Positions 27,906 to 39,538 of a stretch of DNA of 64,000 nucleotides are shown here, in pieces. Numbering within the stretch: the stretch's first letter is position 1; each line of letters opens with the position of its first letter. The translations under genes and the position numbers were made by a program. Source of the stretch: Mobula hypostoma (Eukaryota); contig NC_086108.1 of assembly GCF_963921235.1 (NCBI RefSeq), forward strand, positions 4,464,001-4,528,000. Direction: 5' to 3'. Under the pieces are notes generated by a model. The model ran no database searches. It was given only the letters and a program-made list of their open reading frames with translations, and was not told the origin of the DNA.

Positions 27906-28169
27906 GTCCCTGCCAATGTTTTCCTGAAACAGTTCTTTGTTGCGTTCCTTCCAAGCAGCATAGAACGGCTCACATACCCCCAGAAACAGTTCTCACCTCT
28001 GGTGGATCTTGGTTTTTTTTGCGATCCAGAGGATTGGAGGTTAAAAAAAGAACCTTAAAACTCGTTGCTTCTGGCTGATTTGTTGTGAATGGAGAAGAAG
28101 AGCCAAGGACAAAAAAAGTCGTGGTTGTCTTCTCCGACCAGGAAGATAACATTCTAGTGATAACACTTG

Positions 28170-28577
28170 CTTACTTACTGCCTGTTACACCGCTGGCGTT
28201 TAGGAGAACAATGAAGGTCCTCCATCTCTGGTGGTGTTCAGGGCTTCCTTCATCGTGTCAGTAGCTTCCTCTCGGTTTTCACTACTGTCAGTCATGTAAG
28301 ACCCGGGTGGAGACTCAGGAATGCTGTCACACTCAGATGTAGAAGGATTCTTCATTGCTGTTTCCATAACAATTTTGTTTGACTAGTCAGAGTTGTTAGC
28401 CCTGAGCTGAACCCGTGAACCTGGAGGACGAGTGGACCACTCCTAGTCTGACCTCTACCCTTTGACCCGAGCAAGAGCCAAAGCATAAAGTCCTGACCCC
28501 AGACAACATGGCTTGCCAGGTCATTGAGTCACGCAAGCCTCCAAACCCGACGACGAGGCTGTGGTCGTCTTGGAGGT
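28170..28577 (-). mobile_element. Bipartite RTE-derived short retroposon (~410 bp)
   Basis: RTE-like 5' UTR and short ORF start joined to the 3' end GATGGAGGACCTTCATTG...GTAACAGGCAGTAAGTAAG, which is shared with the RTE ORF fragments in this window. Confidence 0.75.
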
Positions 28578-28903
28578 CCTGTGGTAAGAATTAACCTGTA
28601 AAATAGCCAGACTAAAGTGGCATGACTCCTGCTACAGGAAAATAAACAAGCTAAGAAGCTTCTAGAAAAAAAATGCAGAAGCAGTCATGTGGCAATTACT
28701 GGAAAATTCACTGAACAATTACAATTACAAAAATATATAGATGATTATATAAAAATAAAAGCCAGCATGAGAAAGCTAAACTACAAGAAAAATAATTTTT
28801 TTACACCTTCATACATCACCTCTTATCCCCAACGAGATTCAACATACATTTATTATGAAAGTGTGTAAGGAGTATACAGCCCTGAGATTCATCTTCCCCA
28901 CAG

Positions 28904-29127
28904 GGAGGGAGAGAACATCGACTCAGACCATGAGAGGCCTGTGCTGGGCATTTTCATGCCTTACAAGGCGCAGATTGGAAGTGTGTGGGGCACCACTCCT
29001 CGCACAGACACGAGAGCAATGTGTGAATAAGTGCCTTGCTCAAGGGCACAAACACGCTGCCACAGTTGAGGCTCGAACTAGCGACCTTCAGATCACTAGA
29101 CGAACACCTTAACCACTTGGCCACGTG
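28904..29127 (-). mobile_element. tRNA-derived SINE, alternative-tail subfamily
   Basis: Same head as 20571-20884 but an unrelated 3' half. 8-bp TSD CCCCACAG at 28896-28903 and 29128-29135. Confidence 0.8.
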
Positions 29128-29194
29128 CCCCACAGACTGCCACCAAACAAAGAAACACCATGGAACCAACCTTTCATGGATAATTATCATACAC

Positions 29195-29967
29195 TCAATG
29201 TTGGAAGGACAAACCAAGGTAGAACATACAAGGTTAATGGTAAGGCACTGAGGAGTGCAGTGGAACAGAGGGATCTGGGAATACAGATACAAAATTCCCT
29301 AAAAGTGGCGTCACAGGTAGATAGGGTCATAAAGAGAGCTTTTGGTACATTGGCCTTTATTAATCAAAGTATTGAGTATAAGAGCTGGAATGTTATGATG
29401 AGGTTGTATAAGGCATTGGTGAGGCCGAATCTGGAGTATTGTGTTCAGTTTTGGTCACCAAATTACAGGAAGGATATAAATAAGGTTGAAAGAGTGCAGA
29501 GAAGGTTTACAAGGATATTGCCGGGACTTGAGAAGCTCAGTTACAGAGAAAGGTTGAATAGGTTAGGACTTTATTCCCTGGAGCGTAGAAGAATGAGGGG
29601 AGATTTGATAGAGGTATATAAAATTATGATGGGTATAGATAGAGTGAATGCAAGCAGGCTTTTTCCACTGAGGCAAGGGGAGAAAAAAACCGGAGAACAT
29701 GGGTTAAGAGTGAGGGGGGAAAAGTTTAAAGGGAACATTAGGAGGGGCTTCTTCACACAGAGAGTGGTGGGAGTATGGAATGAGCTGCCAGACGAGGTGG
29801 TAAATGCGGGTTCTTTTTTAACATTTAAGAATAAACTGGACAGATACATGGATGGGAGGTGTATGGAGGGATATGGTCCGTGTGCAGGTCAGTGGGACTA
29901 GGCAGAAAATGGTTCAGCACAGCCAAGGGCCAAAAGGCCTGTTTCTGTGCTGTAGTTTCTATGGTTC
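29195..29967 (+). mobile_element. 5'-truncated young CR1 LINE
   Basis: Open ORF to 29901 with LYKALVRPNLEYCVQFWSP and FFTQRVVGVWNELP. Confidence 0.95.
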
Positions 29968-30014
29968 AAAAAAAGAACAAACAACATAAAAACTAGGACC
30001 ATTACTCAAAAAAT

Positions 30015-30345
30015 AACACACACAAAGTCCTGGAACTCAGCAGGTCAGGCAGCATCAATGGTGAGGAATAAACAGTCGGCATTTTGGGCCGAGGCTCTTC
30101 GTCGGGACTGGAGAGGAAGGGGGCAGACACCAGAATAAGAAGGTGGAGGGAGGGGGAGGGATACAAGCTGTCGGGTGATAGGTGAGACCAGGTGAGGGGG
30201 AAGTAGGTGGGTGGGGGAGTGGGGATGAAGTAAGAAGGTGGGAGGTGATAAGTGGAAGAGGTAAAGGGCTGCAGAAGAAGTATTCTGAGAGGAGAGTGGA
30301 CCTTGGAAGATGAGGAGAGGGGAACCAGAGGGAGGTGAAGGGGAG
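30015..30345 (-). mobile_element. Penelope-like terminal repeat
   Basis: ACACACAAAGTCCTGGAACTCAGCAGGTCAGGCAGCATC plus a degenerate hammerhead at 30072-30110. Confidence 0.7.
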
Positions 30346-30615
30346 GATATTAGCCAGAATCATGTTAAAACAATAAAACTTTTCTGAGGGCCTGACTGGC
30401 CTACTGCTGTTCCTAATTTAACAGTTTGGTCTTTTTGACGATTGCCTTATTGTCCTCGAGCCACTGGAAACAGTTCTGCCTGATTCGCTCTCTCCCAGCC
30501 CCCTTCAGTGACAGTGGGTTCTGTGATTTGGTTCAGCATGGCCCCCTCTTCCCCCCACCTGCCCCCACTCCAGGGGAGTCTGTGCCCACCGTAACTCCTC
30601 CATTCTTCCTTCCAG

Positions 30616-30694
30616 ACCTGTGGAATCGGAGGCATGAGGAAAAGGCAAGAACCGACTTCGCTGGAGGACCGGGACAAGCCATACGTTTGCGACA
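30616..30694 (+). CDS. DPF1: DPF1 internal coding exon, 79 bp, first half of C2H2 zinc finger, phase 0 to 1
   Basis: Acceptor cttccttccag|ACC, donor GAC A|gtaagt. Translates [26 protein letters not shown](I). Confidence 0.95.
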
Positions 30695-30799
30695 GTAAGT
30701 AGGTTTCTTCATTGGAGGGCAGGGGAAGCCACGCAGGCAATAGATGTGATCACAGGGTGAGTGCCCTTACTTAGGAGGTTGGGCTTGGCACCGAATGCT

Positions 30800-31030
30800 C
30801 GGCAAGGTAGCGTAGCTGCCAGCACAGCGCTTTACTGACCCAGCAACCTGGGTCCAACTCCTGTCTCGACAAGGAGTTTGTATGTCCTCCATGTGACTGC
30901 GTTGGTTTGCCCCGCGTGCTCCGGTTTCCTCCCACGTGTACCGCTTCGTAGGTTAGTTGGTCACATTGGTGCAATTGTGTGGTGCAGACTCACTGAGCTG
31001 GAAGGGACAATTACTGTGATGTATCTCTAA
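30800..31030 (+). mobile_element. V-domain tRNA-SINE, degenerate
   Basis: GGCAAGGTAGCGTAGC head and GTGCTCCGGTTTCCTCCCAC. Confidence 0.7.
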
Positions 31031-31044
31031 ATGAAGTCCGTATG

Positions 31045-31530
31045 GCCATAAGATATAGGAGCAGAATCTTACCATTTGCCCATCGAGTCTGCTCCGCCAT
31101 TTCATCATGACTGATCCATTTCCCTCTCTGCCCCAGTCTCATGCCTTCCCCCTGTATCCCTTCATGCCCTGACTAATCAAGAATCTATCAACCTCGGCCT
31201 TAAGTACATACAGAGACTTGGTCTCCACAGCCGCCTGTGGCAACGAATTCCACAGATTCACCACCCTCCTCATCTCCATTCTAAATGGATGTTGCTCCAT
31301 TCTGAGGCTGTGTCCTCTGATCCTAGACTCCGTCGCCGTAAGAAACATCCTCTCCTCATCCATTCCATCAAGGCCTTCCACCATTCAAGAGGTTTCAATG
31401 AGATCACCCCTCATTCTTCTGAATTCCAATGAGTACAGGCCCAGAGTCCACAAACTCTCCTCAAATCTTAAGCCTTTCAATCCTGGAATCATTTTCGTGA
31501 AGCTCCTTTGAACCCTCAACAATGTCAGCA
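31045..31530 (-). mobile_element. CR1 LINE 3' fragment
   Basis: ORF 31139-31384 SRIRGHSLR...RVVNLWNSLPQAAVE. Confidence 0.88.
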
Positions 31531-31809
31531 CAATGTACTGTCGAAGGTGTTCTGGTTGGTTGCATCACAGTCTGATCATCTGAAAGAGCAAGAACGTTGA
31601 ATACACAATAGTACAGGTCTTTCAACCCACTATGTTGTGTTGACCGTATAGCCTACTCCAAGATCAAACTAACCCTTCCCTCCACACAGCCCTCCATTTT
31701 TCTGTCATCCATGTGCCTGTCTAAGAGTCTCTTAAAAGTCCCTGCAGACAATAGTGGACTTAACCCAATACGTCACAGGCACATCCCTCCCCACCATCAG
31801 TACTTTTTT

Positions 31810-33200
31810 ATTTATTCATTTGTGGGATGTGGGCATCGCCAGCTGAGCCAGCATTTATTGCCCATCCCTCATTGCCCTTGAGAAGGTGGTGATGAGCTGC
31901 CTTCTTGAACTGCTGCAGTCCCTGAGGTGTAGATACACCCACTGTGCTGTTAGAGAGGGAATTCCATGATTTTGACCCAGTGACAATGAAGGAACGGCGA
32001 TATATTTCCATGTCAGGATAGTGAGTGACTTGGAGGGAGATTTCTAAGTGGTGGTGTTCCCAGGTATATGCTGTTCTTGTCCTTCTAGATGGTAGTGGTC
32101 GTGGGTCTGGAAGGTGCTGCCTTAGGAACTTTAGTGTGTTATTGCAGTGCATCTTGTAGATAGTACACACTGCTGCATCTGTTCATTGATGGTGGAGGGA
32201 TTGGATGCTTGTGGAAGGGGTACCAATTGAGTGGGCTGCCTTGTACTGGATGGTGTCAAGCTGCTTGAGTGTTGATGGAGCTGCACTCATCCAGGTGAGT
32301 GGCAGGTATTCCATTACACTCCTGACCTGAGCCTTGTAGATGGTGGACAGGCTTTGGGGAGTCTGGAGGTGGTTACATGCTGCAGGATTCCTAGCCTTTG
32401 ACCTGCTCTGGTAGACACGGTGTTTATATGGCTGGACCAGTTCAGTTTCCTGTCAATGGTGACCCCCCCAGGATGTTGATAGTAGGGGGTTCAGTGATGG
32501 TGATGCCACTGAATGTTAGGGGGACGATGGTTAGAACCTCTCTTGTTGGAGATGGTCATCGCCTGGAACTTGCTGGCTTGAATGTTACTTGCCAGTTGTC
32601 AGCCCAAGCCTGGATATTGTCCCTGGTCCTGCTGCATTTGGGGATGAACTGCTTCACTATCTGAGGAGTCACGAATGGTGCAGAACATCGTGCAGTCATC
32701 TGCGAACATCCCCACTTCTGACCTTATGATGGAAGGAAGGTCATTGATGAAGCAGCTGAAGATGGTTGGTCCTTGGACACTTCCCTGAGGAACTCCTGCA
32801 GTGATGTCCTGAGGATGAGATGATTGACCTCCAACCACCACAACCATCTTCCTTTGTGTCAGGTATGATTCTAACCAGCGCAGGGTTTTCCCCTAATTCC
32901 TATTAACTCCACTTTAGCTAGGGCACCTTGATGCCATACTCAGTCAAGTGCTGCCTTGGTGTTGAGGGCTATCACTCTCACCTCTGGCATTTATCTCTTT
33001 GGTCCATGTTTGGACCAAGGAGGTGATGAGGTCTGGAGCTGAGTGGCCTTGACGGAACACAAACTGGGCGTCTGTGAGCAGGTTACTGCCGAGTAGGTGC
33101 TGCGTGATAGCACTGTTGATGACCCCTCCATTACTTTGCTGATGATTGCGAGGAAGCTGAGAGGGTAGTAATTGGCTGCGTTGGCCTTGGCCTGTTTGTT
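31810..33200 (-). mobile_element. CR1/L2-group LINE RT fragment (second family), degenerate
   Basis: ANYYPLSFLAIISKVMEG, ITAGVPQGSVQGPTIFSCFINDL...MFADDCT, SKSWNSL...FKKAAHHHLLKG. Confidence 0.88.
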
Positions 33201-33644
33201 GTGTACAGGACAGTAAAGCTGATCAACACTTCCACCTACCAACCCATCCTTCCACACCCCCAACCACCGCTTCTTTATCATTTCCCGCCAGAGGCATCTC
33301 ACGTACAGACACTCCTGTGCCTAGTGCCACTTTATATTTATTGTGTTTTTTTATTATTATTGTGTTCTTTATCCTATTGTGTTTTTCTTTGCCGCATCAG
33401 ATCCAGAGTAACCACTATTTCATTCTCCTTTACCCTTGTGTACTGGAAATAACATTAAACGGTCTTGAATTTGAAGAAAAACATGCAGTGAAATAGATTG
33501 TTTGTAACTTTTAAACTTTCCTCTCTCGGTTTTTTTTTGCACAATGGGTGCTTGACGGTCTTTTATTAATGGGTTCTTTTGGGTTTCTTGGTATTGTGGC
33601 TGCCTGTCAGGAGACAAATCTTAATGTTTTATATAGTATACATA

Positions 33645-33963
33645 AATAAATAAAGGTATCCGTTAGCCTTGCGAGACCATGGATCTGCGCCTGGAAAGTC
33701 TTCACTCTCCAGGGCGCAGGCCTGGGCAAGGTTGTATGGAAGACCAGCAGTTGCCCATGCTGCAAGTCTCCCCTCTCCACGACACTGATGTTGTCCAAGG
33801 GAAGGGCATTAGGACCCATACAGCTTGGCACCGGTGTTGTAGCAGAGCAATGTGTGATCAAGTGCCTTGCTCAAGGACACAACACGCTGTCTCGGCTGGG
33901 GCTCGAACTCACGACCTTCAGGTCTGCTAGTCCAATGTCTTAACCACTTGGCCACGTGCTCAC
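33645..33963 (-). mobile_element. tRNA-derived SINE (same family as 20571-20884)
   Basis: A box TGGCCAAGTGG, B box GTTCGAGCC. 7-bp TSD ATACATA at 33638-33644 and 33964-33970. Confidence 0.88.
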
Positions 33964-34247
33964 ATACATACTTTGATAATAAATGAACTTTGAACTTTGA
34001 AATGCCCTCTAGTAGTAGGCATTTTGACCCCAGGAAACAGATGCTGACTGTCTGTCTAGGCATGTCATAATTTTATAAACCTCAATCAAATCTTCCCTCA
34101 GCTTTCCCAAGGTTAAAGTCAGGTTTAAAATCATGGGATGAATGGTCTCCTTCTATAACATTCTTGAAAACGCAGAAGATATGCAATTAAAACAAAGAAC
34201 TGAAATTATATTGATGTTGTGGTGTTTGCCGAGCTTGGCAATGATCT

Positions 34248-34290
34248 TGCAGACATTTCATCACCACTCGAGGTGACATCCTCAGTGAGC
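34248..34290 (-). ncRNA. Minimal type I hammerhead ribozyme motif in a Penelope-like fragment (34215-34450)
   Basis: Minus strand CA-CTGAGGA-T-GTCACC-TCGAGT-GGTGAT-GAAA-TG-TC-TG has an intact core, a 6-bp stem II and a GUC triplet. Stem I is weak. Confidence 0.6.
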
Positions 34291-34479
34291 AGTTGTTGGT
34301 GTTTCCCTCTGGCAGTGCTCGTGGTTATATAGGACCCCCTCGGCCTACATCAAGAATATCACAGACCATGAACTCAACAACACCACAGAACACCACAACT
34401 TCAAACACCTCAACCCGAGCTTCCAATATTCACCACTAATATTCACCACTTCTATCGGCACTTGCCTGGATGAGCGCAG

Positions 34480-36130
34480 CTTCGAAGTAAACGTATTGTC
34501 AAAGTATGTATATGTAACCATATTACAACCCCGAGATTCATTTCCTTGCAGGCATTCATGGGAAGACAAAGAAATAAAATGTAATTTATGAAAAAACTAT
34601 ACATATGGAAAGGCTGGCAAACAACCAATGTGCAAAAGAAGATAAATTGTGTAAATGAAAAATAATAAATAATTTAATGTTGGGATCATGAGTTGTCGAA
34701 TCCTTGAAAGTGAGTCTGTAGGTTGTGGAATCAGGTCAGAGTTGTGGTGAGTGAAGTTCAGGAGCCTGATGGTTGTGGGGTAATAACTGTTCCTGAACCT
34801 GGTGGTGTGGGACCTGAGGCTCATTGTGCTGAGTGAAGTTATCCACACTGGTTCAGGAGCCTGATGGTTGTGGGGTAATAACTGTTCCTGAACCTGGTGG
34901 TGTGGGATCTGAGGCTCATTGTGGTGAGTGAAGTTATCCACACTGGTTCAGGAGCCTGATGGTTGTGGGGTAATAACTGTTCCTGAACCTGGTGGTGTGG
35001 GACCTGAGGCTCATTGTGGTGAGTGAAGTTATCCACACTGGTTCAGGGGCCTGATGGTTGTGGGGTAATAACTGTCCCTGAACCTGGTGGTGTGGGACCT
35101 GAGGCTCATTGTGGTGAGTGAAGTTATCCACACTGGTTCAGGAGCCTGATGGTTGTGGGGTAATAACTGTCCCTGAACCTGGTGGTGTGGGACCTGAGGC
35201 TCATTGTGGTGAGTGAAGTTATCCATACTGGTTCAGGAGCCTGATGGTTGTGGGGTAATAACTGTTCCTGAACCTGGTGGTGTGGGACCTGAGGCTCATT
35301 GTGGTGAGTGAAGTTATCCACACTGGTTCAGGAGCCTGATGGTTGTGGGGTAATAACTGTCCCTGAACCTGGTGGTGTGGGACCTGAGGCTCATCGTGGT
35401 GAGTGAAGTTATCCACACTGGTTCAGGAGCCTGATGGTTGTGGGGTAATAACTGTTCCTGAACCTGGTGGTGTGGGACCTGAGGCTCATTGTGGTGAGTG
35501 AAGTTATCCACACTGGTTCAGGAGCCTGATGGTTGAGGGGTAATAACTGTTCCTGAACCTGGTGGTGTGGGACCTGAGTCTTCTGTAGCTCCTGCCCAAT
35601 GGTAGAAGTGAGCAGAGAGCATGGTCTGGATGGTGGGTGTCCTTGATGATGGATGCACTTTCTCGTGGCAGTACTCAGAAGATTAGGGGTTCCCAATTTG
35701 GGGTCCATGACCCTTTGCCTAATGTATTGGTCCATGGCATAAAAAAGATTGGGAACAATGTAGATGGACTCAATGATGGGGGCAGCTTTGCCTCTGTAGG
35801 CTTTTCCATTCCTGTACATTGGTGTTTCCATACCAGGTTGTGATCCAGCCAGTCAATATACTCTCCACTACACATCGATAGAAGTTTGTCAAAGTTTTAG
35901 ATGACATGTCGAATCTGTCTAAACTTCTGAGAAAGTAGAGGCATTATCTGTAGTTGCACTTACACGCTGGTCCCAGGACAGATCCTCTGATATGCCTCAT
36001 GAAAAAAATTAATGTTACTGATCCTCTCCACCTTTGATCTCCTAATCAGGATTGGGAATGGCCTCTGGCTTCTTCCTCCTGTAGCCGATAGTCGGCTCTG
36101 ATTTTGCTGACATTGAGTGAGAGGTTGTTG
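34480..36130 (-). mobile_element. DUF1891-type LINE 3' fragment containing a 95-bp array and a hAT MITE
   Basis: HTTRFRNSYYPTTIRLLN C-terminal motif; upstream remnants at 35580-36130. Confidence 0.8.
34741..35578. repeat. 95-bp tandem array, ~9 units
   Basis: ATCCACACTGG recurs at 34841, 34936, 35031, 35126, 35221 (variant), 35316, 35411 and 35506. Confidence 0.97.
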
Positions 36131-37152
36131 AGAATGAGAGCAAGGCCTAGCTAGTGGTGGTTCTTGCTTAAAGACACTCAATTAGCTTTGCAAAATACTG
36201 TAGACTGAATGGTCTGTCCCTGTTCAGTTCTCTAACTTATGGTGATATCTCCCCCTTCCCCCTTCTCTCCTTTACCATTCCCCATTCTGGTTTCCCTCTC
36301 ACTCCTCATCTCCTCATCTCCCTCTGGGTTCCCTCCTCCTTCCCTTTCTTTCACGGTCCACCCTCTTCTCCTATCAGATTCTTTCTTCAGCCCTTTACCT
36401 TTTCTGCCTATTGGCTCCCTGCTTCTCATTTTGTCTCCCCCCTCCCCCCTTCACCCACCCATCTCCCCCTAACCTGGCCTCTCCCTATTGCCTACATAAA
36501 CACAAGAGATTCTGCATTCGCTGGAAGTCCAGGGTAAGGCACACAAAATGCTGAAGGAACTCAGTCCTGAAAGGGTCTCAGCCCGGCACATTGACCGTTT
36601 ACTCCTCTCTGTAGGTGCTGCCTGACCTGCTGAGTTCCTCCAGCATATTGTGTGTGTAGTTACTTCACCTCTCAGTACTCCTTCCCCTCCTCCACCTTCT
36701 TATTCTGGCTTTCTCTCCCTTCCGTTCCGGTCCTAATGAAGAGTCTTGGCCCAATAGGTCGGCTCTTGATTCTCTCCCATTAATGTGCAATTCATTGCCA
36801 CAGATAGCTGTGGAGACCAAGTCATTGGGTATATTTGAGGCAGAGGTTGATAGATTCTTCATTAGTCAGGGCATGAAGGGATACGGGGAGACGGCAGGAG
36901 ATTGGGGCTGAGAGGGAAAATGGATGAGCCATGATGAAATGCAGAACAGACTGGATGGGCCAAATGGCCTCATTCTGCTCTGATATCTCATGGTCTTACG
37001 CTGCCTGACCTGCTGAGCTTCTGTATGTGTGTGTGGGTGTGTTGCTCTGGATTTCCAGCACCTGCAGAATCTCTTGTGGCCCTGTGCTATTCGTTGTGAG
37101 ATGCCCGTGCCAGCGCTCTGTTGACTAACAGCCACGTTTGTCTCTCATGCAG

Positions 37153-37284
37153 TCTGCGGGAAGCGGTACAAGAACCGTCCAGGGCTGAGCTACCACTACA
37201 CCCACACCCACCTGGCTGAGGAGGAGGGCGAGGACGAGCTGGAGCGACACACTCTTCCCTTCCACCGCAAGAACAACCACAAAC
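37153..37284 (+). CDS. DPF1: DPF1 internal coding exon, 132 bp, second half of C2H2 zinc finger, phase 1 to 1
   Basis: Branch point GACTAAC at 37123-37129, acceptor catgcag|TC, donor AAA C|gtaagc. Translates (I)[43 protein letters not shown]. The tail [10 protein letters not shown] is DPF1-like rather than DPF2/DPF3 as recalled. Confidence 0.96.
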
Positions 37285-38929
37285 GTAAGCCTGGGACCTC
37301 GCCCCACCTGACTGCTCTGGGTATAGTTGGTGCTCTGCGCTCCGAATGAGGGACCACCCCGCCCCTCTGCATGCTGGGGTGGGGTCGATTGCTCTTCGCC
37401 CCCCATGGGGATGGAGACTCAATCAGACCCCACCCACGGGGACTTTGAACAATCTACCCTGGTTGGACAGATTCCTGGAGGTTTTGTCACATGACACCCC
37501 TGTGGCCACGCCCTAAACCAACCCTCATTGGTTGCCTGACACATCAATCACTACATTTCAGAAAGCTGATTGGCTGGTTTCGATGCCCACTAATAAAAAA
37601 CATTGATTAAGTTGAATAAAAGTCCTGATGAAGTGTCTCAGCCTGAGACTTGTTTCTTTCCCATCACAGACGCTGCCTGCCTTACTGAGTTCCTCCAGCA
37701 TTTTGTGTGTTGCTTAGTGTAAGAACCAGAGTTTTAAAAGCATTTCCTTAATGCACTGGTGGTTTTAGCTCCCAGCGTTTCTGCCCATGGCTGTTTCTTG
37801 GAGATTAATTGTCCCGGGGGGATTCTTGGAGAGATGGTACCACCCACCTGGACTGATTCCGGAGACCACCCATCCTAGGGGTAGCCGACACAACGGTGGA
37901 GGGGATGCCAGTTGGGTGGGAGCTGTGGCGGGTGGTCACCTTATTGCAGTTGGGAAGGAGGAACCCTTATCCCCCATCCTAGCCCCATTCCGGACAACTG
38001 GGATGTAAGGTAACAGCGCGAAGATCCGACTTGACACCAGAACCATAGCCAATCCCTGGGACGCAAGACGGAGGAACACCACTCTCTCAGCGCTTCAGAA
38101 ATCCCTTTGCATTCGACGGGAGAGCGGGCGTAATGATAACACAGCCCCCAGAAGACGTCAATGTCCTGGCACTGACCTCAGTGCTGCAGGACGAGGCTTG
38201 GACCTGAAACCTGTGTCGCTGTGGGTCAAAGTTACCTCCAGTGCCCCTGCCTGCTGCCGGGGTCCTGCTTTCCAGAGCCAGCATCTGTTTCTGCATGTGT
38301 GTCACCATCATATAAAACAGATATTGCTTCGATTGTGTTTCTGGAATGTCTATCTTCACACACTTACCCTCCGCACAACCGGAGAGCTGCCGTGAATCAC
38401 TTCTGGAATAATGCATTGCCGGGGGAAAGGTGAATGGTGTGACTTATACTGGAATGATTGCCTGGTCTCGTGGTGTTTCTGCAGTGCCTGCATTTGCAGC
38501 CTGCTTGCTGCTCAAAGCCACCAGTTGGTATTTACCACAGGGTAAGCTGCAAGAGGAGAGTTTCTTCAGTTCCCCACCACCCCGTGGTCCTGGGTGCCAG
38601 AGTACACGCAGACGCTTTGTGTGAGAAATCATAGTTCATGTCGTGCCAGTACCCTGTGTGTTGTATGATGGGTGTGAAAAACTAATGCAGTTATTCCCTC
38701 CAGTGTCAATACAGGAGGGTCCTGCGTGAGTAGTTACGTCTTGCAGAGTTCAAATCACTTCTGGACTTGTTGGTTAAGTCAACTCCTTTCCCTGTCATTC
38801 CATAACCACCTCCTTCGAATAAATCAAAATCACCTGAAAAGGAGAAATTCCTTTCTTCCTTCTGGGTGGAATATTGGGGACCGGTAATAACTTCAAAAGT
38901 TCTAAGAGCTAATGGAGATGTCTATTTAA

Positions 38930-39538
38930 TCTCTTTCCCTCACACACTCCCCCTCTCTCTCTCCCCTCTCCCTCTCCCTCTCCCCCTCTTCCCCCCTCTA
39001 CCCCTCTCTCCCCCTCTACCTCTCTCTCTTTTTCTCCCACTCACACTGTCTCTACCCCTCTCTCTTCCTCATCCACTCTCTCTCATTCCCTTTCTATCTC
39101 TCTTCCACGCCCCCTCTCCCTCTCTCCCACTCTCTCACTCTCTCTCCAATTTCTGTCTCAATCTCTCCCTCGCTATCGCTCTCTCCTCTTTCTTCCTCTC
39201 TCCCCCCTCCCCACTACCCCTCTCCTCCACTACCCCTTTCCCCTTTCTTCCCCTCCCTCTCCCCTCCCTCTCCTCTCTCCCCCTTCCTCTTCATCCTCCT
39301 CTCCCCCTCTCCCCCTCCCCTCTCCCCCTCTCTCCCCTCTCCCCCTCTCTCCCCTCTCCCCCTCTCTCCCCTCTCCCCCTCTCTCCCCCTTCCCCTCTCT
39401 CCCCTTCCCCTCTCTCCCCTCCCCCCCTCTCTCCCCCTTCCCCTCTCTCCCCTTCCCCTCTCTCCCCTTCCCCTCTCTCCCCCTTCCCCTCTCCCCCCTC
39501 TTCCCCTCTCCCCCCTCTTCCCTCCTCCCTCTCCCTCT
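38930..39538 (+). repeat. ~600-bp polypyrimidine (CT-rich) low-complexity tract
   Basis: Nearly pure C/T, with CTCTCCCC iterations in the 3' half. Confidence 0.95.

Noticed and set aside
20820..33960. tRNA genes suggested by A/B boxes
   Set aside because: These are SINE heads with TSDs and tails; no cloverleaf is evident.
37485..37575. Promoter-like cluster: E-box GTCACATGAC, GGCCACGCCC and two reverse CCAAT boxes
   Set aside because: A similar string occurs in reverse at ~23741-23767 (GGAGGTCATGTGATGAGACCTCCAG), suggesting an old repeat. There is no CpG island or transcript evidence.
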